Source of the DNA: an uncultured Treponema sp.
GTDB lineage: Bacteria; Spirochaetota; Spirochaetia; Treponematales; Treponemataceae
Length of the DNA stretch: 32,474 nucleotides
Direction of reading: 5' to 3'
Assembly: GCA_964582685.1 (NCBI GenBank)
Contig: CAZOTD010000001.1
Coordinates: 1-32,474, forward strand
In this document: positions 28,080 to 32,474 of the stretch, one piece after another
Layout: every line of letters begins with the position of its first letter
Position numbering within the stretch: position 1 is the stretch's first letter
Notes under the pieces: generated by a model
Databases searched by the model: none
What the model saw: the letters and a program-made list of their open reading frames with translations, nothing else
Told to the model about the DNA's origin: nothing
Translations under genes and position numbers: made by a program

Positions 28080-29534
28080 TTATACCTTTAATTGTACAAT
28101 TAAGTCCATAAGTTCATCAAGTTTTTGATGAGTTGTAAGTGGATTAATTAAAGTGAATTTTAAATGAACTTTTCCATTGTAGACAGTTTGTCCAATTACT
28201 ACGCCTTCTTTGTGAATTAATGTTCGTCGAATTTTTTTGTTTATTTCATCATTTTCTTTATCAGAAAGCGATTTGTCGTAAAGTCTAAATACAATTGAAC
28301 TCAATTCTGGTTCGCAAGTTCTTTCAAAATCAGTACGTTTTTCAAGACTGTCGTAAACATATTTTGCATTTTCAATACAAGTGTCAATTAATTCTGCCCA
28401 GCCATCTTTTCCACGACATTGGAACGAAATCCAAACTTTTAAAGCGTCAAAACGGCGAGTTGTTTGCATTGATTTACTGACAAGGTTTGTATAACCATCT
28501 TCTTCGTCTTCTTCACGATTTAAATAATCTGCATGAAGTTCACATGGTTCAAAGTTCTTTGCATTTTTTATAAGCGAACAACTGCAACTAATTGGCATCA
28601 TAAACATTTTATGAAAGTCAACAGTAATTGAATCCGCTTTAGAAAGTCCGTCAATACGATTTTTGTATTTAGCAGACATAATAGCGCCACTTGCATACGC
28701 TGCATCACAATGAAACCAAATTCCGTTTTCTTGACAAATTTCTGCAATTTCAGAAATTGGATCAATACTTCCGTAATCTGTTGTGCCAACAGTTGCGACA
28801 ACACAAAATGGAATATTGTTTGCCTCTTTATCTTGTTCGATTAAAGATTTTAATGCATTAATATCCATTTTCATTTTTTTATCTACTGGAACTTTTACAA
28901 CTGCGTCATAACCAAGCCCGAGTAAATGAGTACTTTTTTCCATTGAGAAATGAGAAATTTCAGAAGTATATAATCGAAACTTTTTATAATCTTTTGGAAG
29001 TCCAAGTTTTTTTACATCATAATTTAATTTTGTTTTACAAAACCAATCACGTGCTAAAAAAATGCCTATTGTGTTTGACTGCGAACCACCACTTGTAAAA
29101 ACGCCATCAGCGTTTTCATCGTAACCGAATAAATGGCAAAGTTGATTTATAGTCTGAACTTCAATTTCTGTTGCAACTGGCGATTGGTCCCAACTGTCCA
29201 TTGACTGATTAAAAGTTGAAATTATAAGTTCCGCTGCAATTGTTTCAAGCAAAGTTGCACTATGGAGATGTGCCATATAATCAGTAGAACTTGTTCTTAC
29301 AAAATTTGGCAAAATAAGTTTTTTTATCTGTTCTAAAGTTTTGTCAAATCCAAGTCCATGTTCTGGCAACATCGGAACATCTACGAGTTTTTTTAAATCA
29401 AAAGGAAGCGGTCCTGAATATGCTTTGTCGTTTACAAAAGAATCTGTGATTGCTCTGGAAGTTTTTTGAATAATGGATTCATATTCTTCCAGAGTTTTTT
29501 TATCGTCTGTGATAAAAATTTTATTTTTGTTCAA
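28080..29534 (-). CDS. ddc: PLP-dependent group II decarboxylase, probable L-2,4-diaminobutyrate decarboxylase
   Basis: YMAHLH, NQSMDSWDQSP, GVFTSGG, ATVGTTDYGSIDP, HCDAAY, DFHK (PLP lysine), KSMQTTRRFDALK; overlaps dat; TTG at 29534 follows a GAGG SD (track gives 29546). Confidence 0.88.
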   Translation of the reverse strand: MNKNKIFITDDKKTLEEYESIIQKTSRAITDSFVNDKAYSGPLPFDLKKLVDVPMLPEHGLGFDKTLEQIKKLILPNFVRTSSTDYMAHLHSATLLETIAAELIISTFNQSMDSWDQSPVATEIEVQTINQLCHLFGYDENADGVFTSGGSQSNTIGIFLARDWFCKTKLNYDVKKLGLPKDYKKFRLYTSEISHFSMEKSTHLLGLGYDAVVKVPVDKKMKMDINALKSLIEQDKEANNIPFCVVATVGTTDYGSIDPISEIAEICQENGIWFHCDAAYASGAIMSAKYKNRIDGLSKADSITVDFHKMFMMPISCSCSLIKNAKNFEPCELHADYLNREEDEEDGYTNLVSKSMQTTRRFDALKVWISFQCRGKDGWAELIDTCIENAKYVYDSLEKRTDFERTCEPELSSIVFRLYDKSLSDKENDEINKKIRRTLIHKEGVVIGQTVYNGKVHLKFTLINPLTTHQKLDELMDLIVQLKV

Positions 29535-30879
29535 GGTCAACCTCAAGAATTACTTTTTCAAGAATATCAAGGGCTTTGTTAAGATCTTCACGACTAATAT
29601 TTAACGCACAAAGACATCGCATAACAGCACCATTTCTGCCGCCTCTTTCCATAACAAGATGATTTTCAAAACAGCGTTTTTGAACTAAAGCAGCAACTTC
29701 ACCACTTGCTTTTTTTGCGCCAAGGTTATCGCTTTGAGATTTTGGATCGATAAATTCAATTCCACGCATTAAACCTTTTCCACGCAAATCGCCAATAATA
29801 GAAACTTTGGTTTTAATTTGCTCAAGTCGTTTTGCAAAAATTTCACCTTTTTCAACAACATCGGCAAGGAACTCAGGTTTAGAAACACGATTCATTACAA
29901 CAGTGCCAGCACGCATTGCAAGTTGATTTCCTCTAAATGTTCCAGCGTGAGCACCAGGTGCCCAAACATCAAGTTTTTTATTGTAAATTACAACAGATAA
30001 AGGTTGACTTCCACCAATTGCCTTAGATGCAAGAATTACATCTGGAACAATGTCTGCGTATTCAAACGCAAAGAATTTTCCTGAGCGACCAATTCCACAT
30101 TGAATTTCATCAACAATCATCGGAATATCGAGTTCTTTTGTAACGCGTCTTACTGTCTGAAGGAATTTTATAGGTGCAGGAATTACTCCGCCTTCGCCTT
30201 GAATTGTTTCGATAATCACAGCAGCAGGTTTTGTAACACCACATTCTGGGTCTTTTAACATTCTTTCAAAATAAGCGCAAGCAGCGTCAGTTCCAGCATC
30301 TTCACCAAGCCCAAAAGGACAACGATACGAATACGGAAATGGCATAAAATGCACATTTGGCATTAAATCGTTAACTTTGCTTTTTGCATTAAGATTTCCT
30401 GTTACAGAAAGAGCACCGTGCCCCATTCCGTGATAAGCACCGTTAAATGCAATTATGGAACTTCGTCCAGTTGCCGTTTTGCAAAGTTTTAATGCTGCAT
30501 CAACTGCATCTGTTCCACTTGGACTGCAAAATTGAACCTTTGCGTTGTTTTTTAATTCACCTGGTAAAAGGTTGAATAAAGTCTGAACAAACGTATCTTT
30601 TACAGGCGTTGTAAGATCCAGCGTGTGCAACGGTAAATTACCGGTAAGCATATCCACCATGGCCTGATTTACTTCAGGATCATTGTGGCCAAGTGCGAGC
30701 GTTCCTGCTCCGCACAAAAAATCCAGATATTTGTTCCCTTCAACATCCTCAATCCATGACCCTTGTGCTTTTGCAAGTGCAAAAGGAAATTTTCTAGGGT
30801 AACTACGGGCGTTAGACTCTGTGGAATCCTGTCTGGTAATGTAATACTGATTGGTGATTTCAGTTTCTTTCTGAACCAT
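29521..30879 (-). CDS. dat: Diaminobutyrate--2-oxoglutarate transaminase (class III PLP aminotransferase)
   Basis: ESNARSYPR, YLDFLCGAGTLALGHN, LHTLDLTTP, IQGEGG, DEIQCG, SKAIGGSQPLS, GAHAGTFRGNQLAM; paired with ddc. Confidence 0.92.
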   Translation of the reverse strand: MVQKETEITNQYYITRQDSTESNARSYPRKFPFALAKAQGSWIEDVEGNKYLDFLCGAGTLALGHNDPEVNQAMVDMLTGNLPLHTLDLTTPVKDTFVQTLFNLLPGELKNNAKVQFCSPSGTDAVDAALKLCKTATGRSSIIAFNGAYHGMGHGALSVTGNLNAKSKVNDLMPNVHFMPFPYSYRCPFGLGEDAGTDAACAYFERMLKDPECGVTKPAAVIIETIQGEGGVIPAPIKFLQTVRRVTKELDIPMIVDEIQCGIGRSGKFFAFEYADIVPDVILASKAIGGSQPLSVVIYNKKLDVWAPGAHAGTFRGNQLAMRAGTVVMNRVSKPEFLADVVEKGEIFAKRLEQIKTKVSIIGDLRGKGLMRGIEFIDPKSQSDNLGAKKASGEVAALVQKRCFENHLVMERGGRNGAVMRCLCALNISREDLNKALDILEKVILEVDLEQK

Positions 30880-30986
30880 CTACTTTCTCCATTACAAGTG
30901 GGTTAAACAAATAGCCGAACCGCTTGCAAACTGCAAGTGCTTCTTTATCGTTATGTCTTTATGCAAAACTAGTGTTGCATTAGGGA

Positions 30987-31015
30987 AATGTACCTTATAT
31001 ACATTATTTGGACAA
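30987..31015 (-). promoter_or_regulatory. Putative sigma70 promoter of dat-ddc, TTGTCC-N17-TACATT, with upstream A-tracts
   Basis: Minus strand TTGTCC 31015-31010 and TACATT 30992-30987; long A runs upstream resemble an UP element. Confidence 0.5.
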
Positions 31016-31106
31016 TACTTATTTTGCTTTTTTTTACTTTTTTTTTAAATTAATGAATGAAAATTGAAAGTTCGTTTTGGTTTGCGTATAAGTTTTGTGC
31101 TTAATT

Positions 31107-31757
31107 TTAACGAGTAAATTTTTGAATTGAAAAATCAGCGAATTTCGATACTTCTTGAATCATTTTGTCATTACTAGGAAGAGCAAATAAAGCCCCAACT
31201 CCACTTTCTGGATTTTGACGAATTGTTTCTTTTCGGATAGCCAAATATCTGTCAAGAAAATCCATTAATCCTACACAAAAATATCGGGCTTCTTTTTTTA
31301 TCGTTTGATTTTCGAATTTATTCTTATTCGCAAGTTTAAAAAACAAAAATGTCTGGTTTTCGATTTTTTCAATTTGCGAAAGATAAATCTCAAGAACTTT
31401 TTTTGTAAAATATTTTTCTGAATTTATAAAAGTATAAATTTGGAATAGCGGATCAAGTTCGTGTTTTTTTATAAAATTAACACAACAAGTTTTAAATAGT
31501 TTTTCCGTCTGATTTTCGGTTGTTTTTGAAAATTCCTCTTGAGAAATAAGATTTACTTTTGTATAAAAATCTGAACAATAAGTGTAAATTGCTTTTAACA
31601 TTTCTTCTTTGCTCGAGAAATGATTGTAAAGACTTGCTTTTTTTATAGAAAGATAATTTGAAATATCGTTTAAAGATGTTTCGCCCATTCCTTTGTCAAA
31701 GGCACAATACAATGCGGCTTCTATAATTTTTACTTGGTTAATTAATGGACGAGGCAT
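31107..31757 (-). CDS. TetR/AcrR family transcriptional regulator
   Basis: N-terminal HTH GMGETSLNDISNYLSIKKASLYNHFSSKEEM; 216 aa. Confidence 0.92.
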   Translation of the reverse strand: MPRPLINQVKIIEAALYCAFDKGMGETSLNDISNYLSIKKASLYNHFSSKEEMLKAIYTYCSDFYTKVNLISQEEFSKTTENQTEKLFKTCCVNFIKKHELDPLFQIYTFINSEKYFTKKVLEIYLSQIEKIENQTFLFFKLANKNKFENQTIKKEARYFCVGLMDFLDRYLAIRKETIRQNPESGVGALFALPSNDKMIQEVSKFADFSIQKFTR

Positions 31758-31761
31758 AAAT

Positions 31762-31809
31762 TTGTAAACTACCTTTTGTTAGTTTACAAGGCATTAAAAG
31801 ATTTGTCAA
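31762..31809 (-). promoter_or_regulatory. tetR promoter TTGACA-N17-TAAACT overlapped by a 10-8-10 inverted-repeat operator
   Basis: Minus strand TTGACA 31809-31804 and TAAACT 31786-31781; TTGTAAACTA (31762-31771) and TAGTTTACAA (31780-31789) are perfect inverted arms. Confidence 0.75.
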
Positions 31810-31899
31810 TTTTTTCCCTATGCTTTTTTTGCATTTTTAAATATCACCAGTTTGCAATAACACTACAGTGAACTGCGAACTACTTTGTTTGCTATCTTT

Positions 31900-31926
31900 C
31901 AATGACGGTTGTTGCAACCGTCATTG
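31900..31926. repeat. Perfect hairpin CAATGACGGTTG-TTG-CAACCGTCATTG, 17 nt after the FGE-type gene stop
   Basis: 12-bp arms, 3-nt loop, no U-tract following on the coding (minus) strand. Confidence 0.85.
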
Positions 31927-31943
31927 CGTTTTCAAATGCGCCA

Positions 31944-32474
31944 TTATTTTGCGGTGCGCACAACACGGAAACCGATGTTAAAGCGATAAAAAGGGAAGTT
32001 AAAATTACGCTCAGCAACAGTACAGTAAGTGCCAAAACTCCTCCAACTGCCGCCACGTTGGCAACGAGTAGTTCCAAAGTTCACACCCATCTCATCAGTC
32101 GATTCTGTGATATTTCCATAACAGTCCCAGCACCATTCCCAAACGTTTCCGCTCATGTCGTAAAGTCCTAAGGCGTTTGGGTTTTTGGTTTTTACTTCAT
32201 GTACTTTATTATCAGAGTTATCGTCATACCAAGCAACATCATCTATATCATCGCTTCCGCTGTATTTGGTTGAATCCGTCTGTCCCTCTCGTGCAAGATA
32301 TTCCCATTCTGCTTCTGTTGGCAAGCGGTAGCCGTTTGCGTCTATGTCCATTTTGATTGCATTCCACTGTTTATTGTCGCTCGATGGTCCGCAGTATTTT
32401 TCACCTTCAACAACAATGTTAGGCCATTGTGCAGGGTCGGTTTTGCCACCAAGTTTGTATACAGGAGTTAAGCC
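31944..32474 (-). CDS. FGE-sulfatase/SUMF1-type (C-type lectin fold) protein, 3' part only; candidate DGR variable protein
   Basis: Frame is open from the window edge (GLTPVYKLGGKTDPAQW...); NGYRLPTEAEWEYLAR, PNALGLYDMSGNVWEWCWD, RGGSW and IGFRVVR motifs. Confidence 0.9.
   Translation of the reverse strand, partial: GLTPVYKLGGKTDPAQWPNIVVEGEKYCGPSSDNKQWNAIKMDIDANGYRLPTEAEWEYLAREGQTDSTKYSGSDDIDDVAWYDDNSDNKVHEVKTKNPNALGLYDMSGNVWEWCWDCYGNITESTDEMGVNFGTTRCQRGGSWRSFGTYCTVAERNFNFPFYRFNIGFRVVRTAK

Noticed and set aside
29521-30879. ectB / ectoine synthesis
   Set aside because: No ectA or ectC nearby; the partner is a decarboxylase and the motifs fit the Dat subfamily
703-32171. Many short 60-160 aa ORFs in the track (e.g. 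6184-6534, 9140-9541, 21801-22184, 25540-26013, 31902-32171)
   Set aside because: They lie antisense to or out of frame within well-supported genes, with no motifs or SD; typical shadow ORFs
31944-32474. True formylglycine-generating enzyme activity
   Set aside because: The RGGSW region has a single Cys rather than the catalytic cysteine pair, and no sulfatase is in the window
1-32474. CRISPR array, tRNA/rRNA, IS element, prophage, reverse transcriptase
   Set aside because: No spaced direct repeats, cloverleaf motifs, or transposase/integrase/RT ORFs seen; intergenic gaps are all under about 400 bp

Overview
AT-rich (roughly one-third GC by eye), gene-dense bacterial chromosome segment. The protein families and lipoprotein-style signal peptides point to a gut/rumen-type Treponema-like spirochaete (inference). 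It holds 19 credible CDS, 17 of them on the minus strand: an M48 lipoprotein peptidase, mnmE, a membrane-anchored degenerate HD-GYP protein, a secreted DUF4015-type putative glycoside hydrolase, DUF1846, a DEDDh exonuclease, the pbpC + alpha-2-macroglobulin pair, an SmtB/ArsR-HMA-P1B ATPase zinc/cadmium efflux operon, a small secreted hypothetical, a giant Ig-repeat protein with a C-terminal beta-barrel, parAB, the dat-ddc diaminopropane pair, a TetR regulator and the 3' end of an FGE-type (C-type-lectin fold) gene cut by the window edge. I saw no rRNA, tRNA, CRISPR array, transposase or integrase. Main leads: (1) the FGE gene ends in what looks like a diversity-generating-retroelement variable region followed by a perfect hairpin, with no RT or template repeat in the window; (2) two sigma28-type promoters sit in front of non-flagellar envelope genes, one followed by a GC-rich, probably structured ~300-nt leader; (3) three genes appear to be transcribed as leaderless mRNAs; (4) dat-ddc stands alone, abuts parAB, and has a structured leader and a codon-shifted 5' end. 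All motif calls were made by eye; no database search or folding program was run.
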